Positions 14,883 to 22,931 of a DNA stretch of 32,000 bases are shown one piece after another. Position 1 is the first letter of the stretch, and each line of letters starts with the position of its first letter. The notes beneath the pieces were generated by a model, which made no database searches, was not told where the DNA came from, and saw only the letters and a list, made by a program, of their open reading frames with translations. The stretch comes from Ignicoccus hospitalis KIN4/I (GTDB lineage: Archaea; Thermoproteota; Thermoprotei_A; Sulfolobales; Ignicoccaceae). The stretch covers positions 420,001-452,000 of the forward strand of contig NC_009776.1 in NCBI RefSeq assembly GCF_000017945.1, given 5' to 3'. Position numbers and translations under genes: made by a program.

Positions 14883-16429
14883 TAGCGCCCGCTGGTCGCG
14901 ACGAGCGCCTTAGACTTGAGCTGCTCGTAGTACTTCTTGTTGTATATGCACCCCGGGTCCGGGGCCAAGGGGTCGTTGAAGTACCCGTAGGCCCTAGCCC
15001 TACAACCACCACATATCTCGCGGTAGGGACAAGTCCTACAGAAGCCCCACAAGTTGTTCCTGTCCCTCAGCTTCTGGAACAGCTCGCTGGTCTCCCATAT
15101 CTCCCTGAAGTCCTTCTCCCTTACGTTGCCCATGGGGACCGGGAGGAACACGCACGGGGTTACGGTGCCCTCCGGCTCCAAGGCCGCGTAGATCCTCCCC
15201 GCGCCGCAGCCTCCCACGAACTCCGCCAAGGCGCTTATCACCTTATCCATGTCCAGTTCCTCAGGCTTGCCGACGTACATGTGGGTGGGGGCCACTATCC
15301 CTAGGCCCGCTTGTAAGCAGACCCTCCCGAACTGGGGGGCGGTGCTCACTATCTCCAAGTTCCTCCTCTTCATCTCTAGGGCTATCTTTTTCAAGAACTC
15401 CTCCCTCTCTTCGGGACTCAAGTCCAAATCGATTATCTCCTTACCTCTTCCAGTTGGTACGAAGTTGAAGAAGACCACCCTCTTTATTCCTATCTCTTCC
15501 GCCAAGTCCAATATATCGTCTACCTCGTCCACGTTCAGCCTAGTTACAGTAGTTGCCATTGCCGCGTTCATCCCCAGCTCGGCCGCATTCTTCAGCGCCT
15601 TAACGGCCCTCTTCCAGCTCCCGGGGATCCCCCTGAACTCGTCGTGCTTCTTCGGGTCCGCCGAGTCCACGGAGACTTCCACGTACCTAACCCCGGCCCT
15701 CTTCGCCTTCTCGGCCATCCTCTTGTCCGCGAGGAGCCAGCCGTTGGTGGCCACCGCGACGTATATGAAGCGGTCGCTCAGCTCCTTGACTACCCTCCAG
15801 AAGTGAGGGTGTATGGTGGGCTCGCCGCCGCTCAAGGCTACGGCCGCCACCCCCGCGCGGTCCAACTGCTCTACTACGTTCAACTTCTCCTCCAAGGTTA
15901 ACTCGTTGGGTAGGGGCTTGTCGGCCCTCTGGTAGCAGTGCTTGCAGCGCAAGTTACACATGTTGGTGAAGTTCCAGACCACCAAGAAGGGCGCGGGGAA
16001 CTTCTGGGGCACCGAGACGCCGTAGAGGGCCAAGCCCTCTAGGACCAGTGCCAGCCCCCTCCTCACGGCCGGGTCGGACAGAGCTGCCTTGACCTCCTCT
16101 TCCTTTACCTTGAACAGCTTAGCAATTGTGGATATCGTAAACTTTATGAAGCTTTTCGTTAAGATGGCCGAAGGACAGCTCACCTTCTCCCCGGCGTACT
16201 CCGCCATTGCGAAGAAAGACACCCTCTCGGTGACCGTCCTTCCGCCTATCTCGCACGTGACCCTCTTGGAGGCCTTGCGCAACAAGGTCCTAGTCAGCGG
16301 GTTGTTGAAGGTCGCTCTGAGGCCGGCAAGGAACGCTCCCATTCCGGAAGTCATTGAACCACCGCTCTCTAAATCCAAGAACTCTAAATAAGTAAGTGGG
16401 ATAAGGTTTTCTAACGAGACAGCCGACAC
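14882..16429 (-). CDS. Radical SAM enzyme with C-terminal SPASM (twin auxiliary 4Fe-4S) domain and ~145-aa N-terminal extension
   Basis: CNLRCKHCY (CxxxCxxC) with GGEPT downstream. C-terminal Cys cluster: GGCGAG...TPCVF...CRTCPYREICGGCRARAY...DPGC. The likely true start is ATG 16354 (MTSGMGAF...), about 34 nt downstream of a ttattta box on the minus strand. Confidence 0.85.
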   Translation of the reverse strand: MSAVSLENLIPLTYLEFLDLESGGSMTSGMGAFLAGLRATFNNPLTRTLLRKASKRVTCEIGGRTVTERVSFFAMAEYAGEKVSCPSAILTKSFIKFTISTIAKLFKVKEEEVKAALSDPAVRRGLALVLEGLALYGVSVPQKFPAPFLVVWNFTNMCNLRCKHCYQRADKPLPNELTLEEKLNVVEQLDRAGVAAVALSGGEPTIHPHFWRVVKELSDRFIYVAVATNGWLLADKRMAEKAKRAGVRYVEVSVDSADPKKHDEFRGIPGSWKRAVKALKNAAELGMNAAMATTVTRLNVDEVDDILDLAEEIGIKRVVFFNFVPTGRGKEIIDLDLSPEEREEFLKKIALEMKRRNLEIVSTAPQFGRVCLQAGLGIVAPTHMYVGKPEELDMDKVISALAEFVGGCGAGRIYAALEPEGTVTPCVFLPVPMGNVREKDFREIWETSELFQKLRDRNNLWGFCRTCPYREICGGCRARAYGYFNDPLAPDPGCIYNKKYYEQLKSKALVATSGR

Positions 16430-16470
16430 TCAAAACCCTTGGACGCCGGAGGCGTAGGACGAGAGTGTCG
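16424..16470 (+). repeat. Nested inverted repeats immediately upstream of the PflX-like start codon
   Basis: The outer arms cgacactc (16424-16431) and gagtgtcg (16463-16470) enclose the inner hairpin acgcc-gga-ggcgt (16443-16455). The ATG is at 16476. Confidence 0.7.
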
Positions 16471-16475
16471 AAGGC

Positions 16476-17579
16476 ATGTCTTGGCTCCTGCTGAGGCCCG
16501 ACTCGGTGGCGGTGTGGAAGGACCCGGCGGTGAACGAGAGGCTGAGCTGGTATAAAGACGTAATGTTGAACCGCGCCCAAGCTAAGTTCTTGATAGCGAA
16601 GTCTATAGCCGCCGAGGCGAGGCCGGAGGAGCTGAGCGAGAGGGAGCTCTGGGAGCTTCACTCGACGCTGAGGGAAGAGTTCGAGAGGAGGTGGGAAGAG
16701 GCCAAGAGGGGGAAGTGGTTTAAAGAGGTGAAGAACAATTTCTTAGACGTCAAGGTGGAGCTCGCTAAGAGGCTCTTGGGGCCCCCTTGTAGGCTGTGCG
16801 AGAGGCGCTGCCCGGTGGACCGGAGGAAGGCCAGGGGAGCTTGCTTGGTGGACCACAAGGCCTACGTCCACTCGGCCTTCCTCCACTTAGGAGAGGAGGC
16901 CCCCTTAGTCCCCTCCGGCACGATCTTCTACGGCGGCTGTCCGTTCAAGTGCGTGTTCTGCCAGAACTGGGACATAAGCCAAGAGAGGCCTACCGAGGCC
17001 CCGGCGCTGGGCCCGGAGGAGCTGGCGAGGGTCCAAGAGAGGCTCCGGCGCGAGGGGGCGAGGAACGTGAACCACGTCGGGGGAGACCCCATCCCGAGTG
17101 CCCACATCATAATTGAGAGCTTAAAGTACTTGAAGGTCAACGTTCCCCAACTTTGGAACAGCAACATGTACATGACGGAGGAGCTGTTAGAGCTGTTGTT
17201 AGATATAATAGACATCTGGCTCCCGGACTTCAAGTACTGGGACGACCGCTGCGCGTGGAGGCTGAGCGGCGTGAGGAGGTATAGGGAAGTGGTGACCAGG
17301 AACATATACAAGGCCGCCCAGAAGGGCGACATGATAATAAGGCACTTGGTTATGCCCAATCACTTAGAGTGCGATACGTTCCCGATACTCGAGTGGATAG
17401 CCGAGAACGTTAAGGATAAAGTATTAGTCAACATAATGGAGCAGTACCGCCCGGAGTACTTGGTGCTCAAGTTCCCCCAGCGTTGGCCAGACATAGCGAG
17501 GCCGGTGAGCGCGGAGGAGGTAGAGGCCGCCCGCAAGAGGGCCGACGAGCTGGGGATAGTGTGGAGGCCCGTCAGCTGA
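16476..17579 (+). CDS. Radical SAM protein, PflX-like (COG1313, homologue of pyruvate formate-lyase activases)
   Basis: CPFKCVFCQNW (CxxxCxxC followed by QNW) after an N-terminal CRLCERRCPVDRRKARGAC Cys cluster. 367 aa with an ATG start. Confidence 0.8.
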   Translation: MSWLLLRPDSVAVWKDPAVNERLSWYKDVMLNRAQAKFLIAKSIAAEARPEELSERELWELHSTLREEFERRWEEAKRGKWFKEVKNNFLDVKVELAKRLLGPPCRLCERRCPVDRRKARGACLVDHKAYVHSAFLHLGEEAPLVPSGTIFYGGCPFKCVFCQNWDISQERPTEAPALGPEELARVQERLRREGARNVNHVGGDPIPSAHIIIESLKYLKVNVPQLWNSNMYMTEELLELLLDIIDIWLPDFKYWDDRCAWRLSGVRRYREVVTRNIYKAAQKGDMIIRHLVMPNHLECDTFPILEWIAENVKDKVLVNIMEQYRPEYLVLKFPQRWPDIARPVSAEEVEAARKRADELGIVWRPVS

Positions 17580-18126
17580 GGGAGCGCAAGAACTCGACCA
17601 CGTGCCTCCTGACCAGCTCCTTCTCGGCCTCCGTAACCGGCTTGTGACCCATCCCGTCCACCACTACCAAGTGACACTCCTTGACCTTTTCGCAGAACTC
17701 CAAGCTCTGCTCTAAGGGCACCACCTTGTCCTCTGTCCCGTGTATTACGAGGATTGGAGCTTTGAACTCCATGTTTATGGGGCTCAGCTCTATCATAACC
17801 TCCTCGTCAACTTGGCTGGTTATGTCTTCGTATATCTTCGGAAACTTCTCTTTCAAGTGAGCGAGCTGCTTCCTCAAGTTCGTCGGAGGGGCGACCGCGA
17901 CCGCGGGCCTCCCCTTGGAGGCGGAGTGCAAGAGGGCCAAGGCGCCCCCCATGCTGTGGCCCCCGTAAACGTCCGCCTCCAACTCCTTGGTGGCCTCCCA
18001 AGCCTTCGCTAGGACGCTGGGGAGCGTCGGAACTATCACTTCATCGGCGACTTCCTTGAAAGCCTTCACAAGCCACTTTATCCTGGTGGGCGAGGAGCCG
18101 TAGCCGTGGAACACAGCCGCCTTCAC
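17572..18126 (-). CDS. Small alpha/beta-fold hydrolase (esterase-like)
   Basis: Nucleophile elbow GGHSMGG, acid residue in IHGTEDKVV, and His in DGMGHKP. 184 aa. Confidence 0.75.
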   Translation of the reverse strand: MKAAVFHGYGSSPTRIKWLVKAFKEVADEVIVPTLPSVLAKAWEATKELEADVYGGHSMGGALALLHSASKGRPAVAVAPPTNLRKQLAHLKEKFPKIYEDITSQVDEEVMIELSPINMEFKAPILVIHGTEDKVVPLEQSLEFCEKVKECHLVVVDGMGHKPVTEAEKELVRRHVVEFLRSLS

Positions 18127-18155
18127 TCACCGCGCCCGCCGGGGGGCTGGCGAGT

Positions 18156-18165
18156 ACAATATAAC
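18156..18165. promoter_or_regulatory. Shared AT-rich TATA-like box in the 72-nt divergent spacer between the hydrolase gene and hypE
   Basis: acaatataac is the only AT-rich element in an otherwise GC-rich spacer. It lies about 35 nt from the minus-strand start (18126) and about 38 nt from the hypE TTG (18199). Confidence 0.4.
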
Positions 18166-18198
18166 GTTTTGTCGTAGCCGACCGCTGGGACCCAAGCC

Positions 18199-19212
18199 TT
18201 GAGCGTTACCCTAGCGGTCGGGGGAGGAGGGAGGGAAACCGAAGAGTTCATCAAGAACTTCATACTTCCCTTGTTCAAGATAAGGAGCTTGGGGAGCGTG
18301 GGCCTGGACGACTTGGAGGACGGGGCCGCGGTCCCCATAGGGGACAACAAGTACTTAGTGGTCTCCGTGGACAGCTATACTGTCAGCCCCCCGTTCTTCC
18401 CTGGGGGCGACATAGGCAAGCTCGCCGCTACGGGCTCCCTCAACGACGTCGCAGTAATGGGCGCAGAGCCCAAAGCGCTTATGGACGCCATAATAGTTGA
18501 GGAGGGGTTCAAGTTAAGCGACTTAAAGACGATATTGAAATCTATGTCCGAAGTTACGAACTCCCTAAACGTGGCGCTGCTCGGAGGGGACACTAAGGTC
18601 ATGCCAAAGGGCAGCGTAGATAAAATAGTCATCTCGACCGTCGGTATAGGGATAGCAGAAGGACCCTTGCTGACCTTAGACCGGGGGGAGCCGGGGGACA
18701 AGGTCCTAGTCACCGGGCCGGTGGGCGACCACGGCGCCACCATCCTCGCCCTCCAGTTCGGCCTACAAGTGAAGACGCTGAAGAGCGACGTCAGGCCGGT
18801 GTGGCCAGCAGTTAAGGCGTTGAGGGAAGCGTTGGGCGAGGACTTGAAGGCCGCTAAGGACCCCACCAGAGGGGGCTTGGCTATGGCTCTCAACGAGCTC
18901 GCGGAGAGGAGCAAGACCACAGTATACGTCGAGGAGGCTAGGGTGCCGATAAGGGAGGCCGTCAAGGAGTACGCGGAGATGCTGGGGGTGGAGCCCCTGG
19001 CCTTGGCCAGCGAGGGGCAAGCGGTCTTCGTAGTTAAGGGGGACAGAGCGGAGGAGGCGCTGGAGGTCTTGAGGAAGGCGGGCTTCGAGGAGGCCGCGAT
19101 AATAGGGGAGCTGAGGAAGGGCAAGCCCGGCTACGTGATATCGCGCACCCCCGTCGGCGGGCTGAGGCTCTTGGAGAAGCCCAGCGGGGAGCTGGTGCCT
19201 AGGATTTGTTGA
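18199..19212 (+). CDS. hypE: [NiFe]-hydrogenase maturation protein HypE (carbamoyl dehydratase)
   Basis: PurM-like fold motifs: LEDGAAV, SVDSYTVSPPFFPGGDIGKLAATGSLNDVAVMGAEP. The diagnostic C-terminal PRIC is present (ELVPRIC-stop). TTG start. Confidence 0.95.
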   Translation: MSVTLAVGGGGRETEEFIKNFILPLFKIRSLGSVGLDDLEDGAAVPIGDNKYLVVSVDSYTVSPPFFPGGDIGKLAATGSLNDVAVMGAEPKALMDAIIVEEGFKLSDLKTILKSMSEVTNSLNVALLGGDTKVMPKGSVDKIVISTVGIGIAEGPLLTLDRGEPGDKVLVTGPVGDHGATILALQFGLQVKTLKSDVRPVWPAVKALREALGEDLKAAKDPTRGGLAMALNELAERSKTTVYVEEARVPIREAVKEYAEMLGVEPLALASEGQAVFVVKGDRAEEALEVLRKAGFEEAAIIGELRKGKPGYVISRTPVGGLRLLEKPSGELVPRIC

Positions 19213-19213
19213 A

Positions 19214-19846
19214 CTACCTAGGCTCCTTCCGGAGGACTTCCTTCACCTCCAAGTACGGCGCCGACCCCCGCGCCACCGCCTTCGCTATCGCTACGACCTC
19301 CTCCGGCTCGGGGCACCAGAGGCCAGCTGCGTAAACCCAAGCGGTCCCGTCCGTAACTACGCTATCGCACTTGGAGAGCGGGCCCCCGGGAGGGCCGGGC
19401 AAGTTGACGGGCCTCGAGTGCCCCAGGCAGAGCAGCTTCAGCTTCAAAGTCTTGTTAGAAAACTCCTCCGGGTCCTTCACGAGCTCGACTAGCCTCGCAG
19501 TGTTGTTGGAACAGAAGAGGTAAGTTTTCCCGAACGTAATTGAAGAGTTATCGTACCTCAAGACCAACGTCGTCTCGTTCTTAATTTTTATGAATAGCCT
19601 TACGGAGCGGAGCGACTGGGCGCAGGCCTCCCCCTCCCGCCACACCTCCACGAGGGCGCCGTCCGCGCGGGCCCGGTAACAGAAGTTCGGGAGCGTCAAG
19701 GGGAGCTCCAACGTGTCGTTCCAGTAGCCCAAGTACTGGAGGGCCAGGCCGTTCAATGTTACGTTGTGGACTACTAAGATTAGAGAGCAGAGCGCCCCCA
19801 AACCCCGTTCCCGGGGAACGGGGGCTCGGCGCCCGTAACCTGTCAT
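19214..19846 (-). CDS. Hypothetical secreted/membrane-anchored Cys-rich glycoprotein
   Basis: ATG at 19846 overlaps the upstream stop (TGATG). There is an N-terminal basic stretch plus a hydrophobic helix (GALCSLILVV). Six N-x-S/T sequons are present (NVT, NDT, NET, NSS, NNT, NKT), with seven Cys. The track's longer form (to 19894) would overlap the ATPase by 49 nt. Confidence 0.55.
   Translation of the reverse strand: MTGYGRRAPVPRERGLGALCSLILVVHNVTLNGLALQYLGYWNDTLELPLTLPNFCYRARADGALVEVWREGEACAQSLRSVRLFIKIKNETTLVLRYDNSSITFGKTYLFCSNNTARLVELVKDPEEFSNKTLKLKLLCLGHSRPVNLPGPPGGPLSKCDSVVTDGTAWVYAAGLWCPEPEEVVAIAKAVARGSAPYLEVKEVLRKEPR
19803..19823. repeat. 21-bp palindrome (10-nt arms, 1-nt centre)
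   Basis: ccccgttccc-g-gggaacgggg was checked base by base and the arms are perfect reverse complements. It lies 21-43 nt downstream of the ATG at 19846 on the minus-strand mRNA. Confidence 0.85.
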
Positions 19847-21450
19847 CACTCGCGGGGAGCTCTCTGCCGGCCAAGTGTCGTCATCGCCTCCCAAGAGACC
19901 GCCTCAAGGTCCGGCGCCCTGTTAATGACGAACGCGAGGTCCAGCGCCCTCACCTCCGAGCACTCCGGGCCCGCGCAAGCGTCCCAAGGGTCAGGGACGC
20001 GGAGGTCCCTCAGCTTGCCGGAGAAGGGCCTCTCCAAGAGTTTGGCGAGGAAGTTCAGCTGGCCCTCCTCCTCCAAGTGTACGTTCGCCTCCGTCTTCAC
20101 CGGGGACTTCCAAGACTTGCTCTCCAGCCAAGGCCCCCTTACCTTGACCTTCTCCGCCCCCGGACGGCGGAGCTCCCTCGCCCTAGGAGGGGAGTACTCG
20201 CTCGGGGGCGCCCTTACTTCTATCCTCTTAGCCCTCTCGGTGACGTCGTGAGGCTTGTAGTTCTTCATGTAAATTACCGTGTCAGAACGCGCCACCACGG
20301 GTGCGGAGCCTCCGGAGACCAGCACCAAGCTCAAGCCGAACTCCTTCAAGCTCTCCAACTTCTCCGACAACGTTTCGACAGTCTTTATATCGTATATTTC
20401 GTTCAACCTCTCGTCGAAGTGTAAGAAGTTAGTGGCGGTGTAGTCCTCGTCTATTATCAAGGCCCTCGAGCCCGCCTCTACCGCCTCTTGAAACGAGGCC
20501 GCCGCGCTGGTGGCCCCGGAGGCGTCGTCCGTGGAGAACCTTTCCGAGCCCTCCAGCTTTATGAAAGTGGAGACGTCCACTCCCGCCACCCGCCTCCCGT
20601 CTTCTGACCTAACGTAGAACATGTTCTTGTCGCTCAGTACGAACTCCCTGCCGTCCCCCGGTATGTGGTCCCAAACCCCCTTTGCCAACGCCTCTATTAA
20701 GGTGGTCTTGCCGTGGAAGGCCGGGCCGGTGACGGAGGTTATCCCCTTCCGGACCCCCATGCCGCTTATAGGCCCCTCGTTGGTCTCTATCTCCACCCTC
20801 AGGCTGGGAGGGCTCTCGAAGGGCACCGCCCCCTCCAAGGGCTCCTCGCAGTCCCCGCACCTCCGCGGCAAGACGCTGCCGTCCGCCACGAAGGCTATCA
20901 ACCCTTTTTCGGCCATCTTCTTCCTTATCTCTTGTTGTACCTTCCAGACCTTGTTCCACCGCTCCAAGTCCTCGTCCCTTGAAAGCGCCTCCTCAACGGC
21001 TTTGGGGAGCTTCCTCAAGAGCAGCTCCGAGGCGCGGTCGGCCAAGACCCTCCTTCCCCTGGAGGGCAAGCCGACCCAAATTCTGAAGGCTATCTTATTG
21101 CCGAAGCATTTAACTGAACTCCTCCTTAGGATAGCGTTCGAAGGCTTGGGAACTGCCAAGAGGCCGCTCTTCCCCTCCCCCATTTTGGAGCTGTACGCCC
21201 TCAAGGAGGCGTATAATTTCCTTAGGAAGTAGTCCTCCGCGGGCAAGGGGAGGTCGCACCGGGCCGGGGCCTCGGCCCTAACCACGCTGGGGGGCGCGAA
21301 GGGGTCCCCTTGCACCCTCGCGACCTCGAAGGCGAGGCGCCCTACGGAGAACCGAACCCCCTTGAGCTCCTTGTAAGCCTTGTATCCCCTTCCGTCTATC
21401 TTCGCCAAGATTTTCTCTACGTCCACGGCCGAGCCCAGCCGTGCTCGCAA
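19846..21450 (-). CDS. Predicted ATPase of the ABC class (COG3044 / Pfam ABC_ATPase family, MRB1590-like)
   Basis: Family-typical N-terminus IDGRGYKAYKELKG...VQGDPFAPPS and Walker A GPAFHGKTTLIEAL. The acidic ALIIDEDY resembles Walker B. GTG at 21426 is a plausible alternative start, since the TATA-like box sits at 21453-21462. Confidence 0.8.
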   Translation of the reverse strand: MRARLGSAVDVEKILAKIDGRGYKAYKELKGVRFSVGRLAFEVARVQGDPFAPPSVVRAEAPARCDLPLPAEDYFLRKLYASLRAYSSKMGEGKSGLLAVPKPSNAILRRSSVKCFGNKIAFRIWVGLPSRGRRVLADRASELLLRKLPKAVEEALSRDEDLERWNKVWKVQQEIRKKMAEKGLIAFVADGSVLPRRCGDCEEPLEGAVPFESPPSLRVEIETNEGPISGMGVRKGITSVTGPAFHGKTTLIEALAKGVWDHIPGDGREFVLSDKNMFYVRSEDGRRVAGVDVSTFIKLEGSERFSTDDASGATSAAASFQEAVEAGSRALIIDEDYTATNFLHFDERLNEIYDIKTVETLSEKLESLKEFGLSLVLVSGGSAPVVARSDTVIYMKNYKPHDVTERAKRIEVRAPPSEYSPPRARELRRPGAEKVKVRGPWLESKSWKSPVKTEANVHLEEEGQLNFLAKLLERPFSGKLRDLRVPDPWDACAGPECSEVRALDLAFVINRAPDLEAVSWEAMTTLGRQRAPRE

Positions 21451-21452
21451 GG

Positions 21453-21462
21453 TTATTAATTT
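21453..21462. promoter_or_regulatory. TATA-like box in the divergent spacer between the ABC-class ATPase and the small Zn-ribbon membrane protein
   Basis: ttattaattt lies about 33 nt from TTG 21490 and about 31 nt from the alternative GTG 21426 of the ATPase gene. Confidence 0.35.
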
Positions 21463-21489
21463 CGGTGGGCCCCGGCTGGGGGGAACGAC

Positions 21490-21777
21490 TTGAACGACGA
21501 CCTATACCTCCTCGCCCTCATGACCGCCGCCACGTTGGCCGGGGTGCTCACGGCGCTGGCCGCCACTTTCATTTTGAACAAGAAGAAAGAGGAGGAAAAG
21601 AAGTACGTAACTGTGGTCAAGTGTCCCAACTGCGGTTACGAGGAGAAGAGGGAGTGGAGGGAGGGGGACTTCGTAGGCATGGTTGAGGGGCCTTGCCCTA
21701 AGTGCGGAGGGATGAGGGTGGTGTGGAACATTTACTTGGAGGACCGCGAAGAGGAGCGCCCTAAAGGGGAACCCTGA
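21490..21777 (+). CDS. Small membrane-anchored zinc-ribbon protein
   Basis: One TM helix (LYLLALMTAATLAGVLTALAATFIL), then a Lys/Glu linker and a CPNCG...CPKCG ribbon. 95 aa. Confidence 0.5.
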   Translation: MNDDLYLLALMTAATLAGVLTALAATFILNKKKEEEKKYVTVVKCPNCGYEEKREWREGDFVGMVEGPCPKCGGMRVVWNIYLEDREEERPKGEP

Positions 21778-22219
21778 AGTCCTCCTTGACCACGTTGAAA
21801 GCTATGTGGGTGACGCTCTTCTTGATCTCCTTCCTCTCTAGCAAATCCTTAACGAAGAAGTCTAAAGCCTTCACGTCCTTAAACTTAGCAATCAACAGTA
21901 CATCGTAATCTCCGGTTATGTCATATATAGCAATTACGTTTTTTATGTTTTTCAGCTCCTCCTCCAATTCCTTCAATTTTGAGCCTTCGACGCTCAACAT
22001 TATTATTGCGGTCACTTGGTACCCTAGGACGGAGAAGTCCATCAGCGGCACGAACCCCTTTATTATCCCTTTTGAGAGCATCTTCTTCAAGCGGTTGTGG
22101 ACCGTCGCGGGGGACACGTTGAGCTCTCTCGCTATCTCCCTAACCCCCTTGCGGGCGTTCTCCATCAGTAAGGAGAGGATCTTATAGTCCAGCTCGTCCA
22201 AATCCTTATGGCCCCTCAT
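21761..22219 (-). CDS. Lrp/AsnC-family transcriptional regulator
   Basis: N-terminal HTH (LDELDYKILSLLMENARKGVREIARELNVSPATVHNRLKKM) plus a C-terminal RAM/AsnC ligand domain. 152 aa. The gene is noticeably more AT-rich than its neighbours. Confidence 0.85.
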   Translation of the reverse strand: MRGHKDLDELDYKILSLLMENARKGVREIARELNVSPATVHNRLKKMLSKGIIKGFVPLMDFSVLGYQVTAIIMLSVEGSKLKELEEELKNIKNVIAIYDITGDYDVLLIAKFKDVKALDFFVKDLLERKEIKKSVTHIAFNVVKEDFRVPL

Positions 22220-22253
22220 AATCCCCTTCAGCTCCGGTCCTCGGGAGAGCCTC

Positions 22254-22931
22254 GTGAGACTGAAGAATTATATGGAGGCGTTCACTATAGCGTCCTTCGC
22301 GGAGCTGCCGTGGACCGGCTCCACGCTCGACGCTGAGGCCTTGCTGGAAGCGGCCCAAGACCCGATGGCCGTGCTGAACTTCGGAAGGTGCTACATAAAG
22401 TCCTACCTGGCGAGGAGGATTCAAGAGTGCGGGCTGGTAAAGAGGGGCACCTTCATACTCTCCTCCGGGAAGCGAAGCGACGTTTACGTAGACATGAGGA
22501 AGCTTTGGAGCTTTCCCAAGCTCGCTAGGTTAGCAGCACTGCTCATGTCCGCCCTAATAAGGTCTAAGGTGGAGTATGCGACGATAGTCGGAGTGGCCAC
22601 CGGCGGGATACCCCTCGCGGCCCACTTGTCCGTAACCTTGGGTTGGCCCATGGGCTACGCGAGGCCGAAGAGGAAGGAACACGGTCAAATGAGGCTGGTA
22701 GAGGGCGTAGAGCCCGGCCAGAAGGTAGTTGTAGTGGACGACGTGACCACCACCGGCGGCAGCTTGGCGAAGACCATAGACGCCTTGAGGGACTTCGGGG
22801 CAGAGCCTGTCTTGGCGGCCGCCTTGTTGGACAGAGAGGAGGGCAGCGTAGAGGAGATAGAAAAGAGGGGCGTGGAGTTCATCAGGTTGTTGACTCTTAA
22901 CCAAGTGTTGAGGGGGTTGAGGTGCGAGTGA
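22254..22931 (+). CDS. pyrE: Orotate phosphoribosyltransferase
   Basis: PRPP-binding loop KVVVVDDVTTTGGS, FILSSGKRSDVYVDMR, and VATGGIPLAAHLS. ATG at 22365 would give a canonical ~188-aa protein, so the 5' extension from GTG 22254 is doubtful. Confidence 0.85.
   Translation: MRLKNYMEAFTIASFAELPWTGSTLDAEALLEAAQDPMAVLNFGRCYIKSYLARRIQECGLVKRGTFILSSGKRSDVYVDMRKLWSFPKLARLAALLMSALIRSKVEYATIVGVATGGIPLAAHLSVTLGWPMGYARPKRKEHGQMRLVEGVEPGQKVVVVDDVTTTGGSLAKTIDALRDFGAEPVLAAALLDREEGSVEEIEKRGVEFIRLLTLNQVLRGLRCE

Noticed and set aside
15249-15806. 185-aa plus-strand ORF inside the rSAM-SPASM gene
   Set aside because: It is a Ser/Leu/Phe-rich antisense translation. The minus frame has the CxxxCxxC and SPASM motifs.
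18375-19124. 249-aa minus-strand ORF antisense to hypE
   Set aside because: It is a Ser/Thr/Ala/Pro-rich low-complexity product. The hypE frame carries diagnostic motifs, including the terminal PRIC.
19756-21232. Plus-strand ORFs 19756-20424 (222 aa), 19925-20251 and 20621-21232 (203 aa), opposite the ABC-class ATPase
   Set aside because: These are Arg/Leu/Pro- or Ser-rich products without motifs. The minus frame matches the ABC_ATPase family over its whole length.
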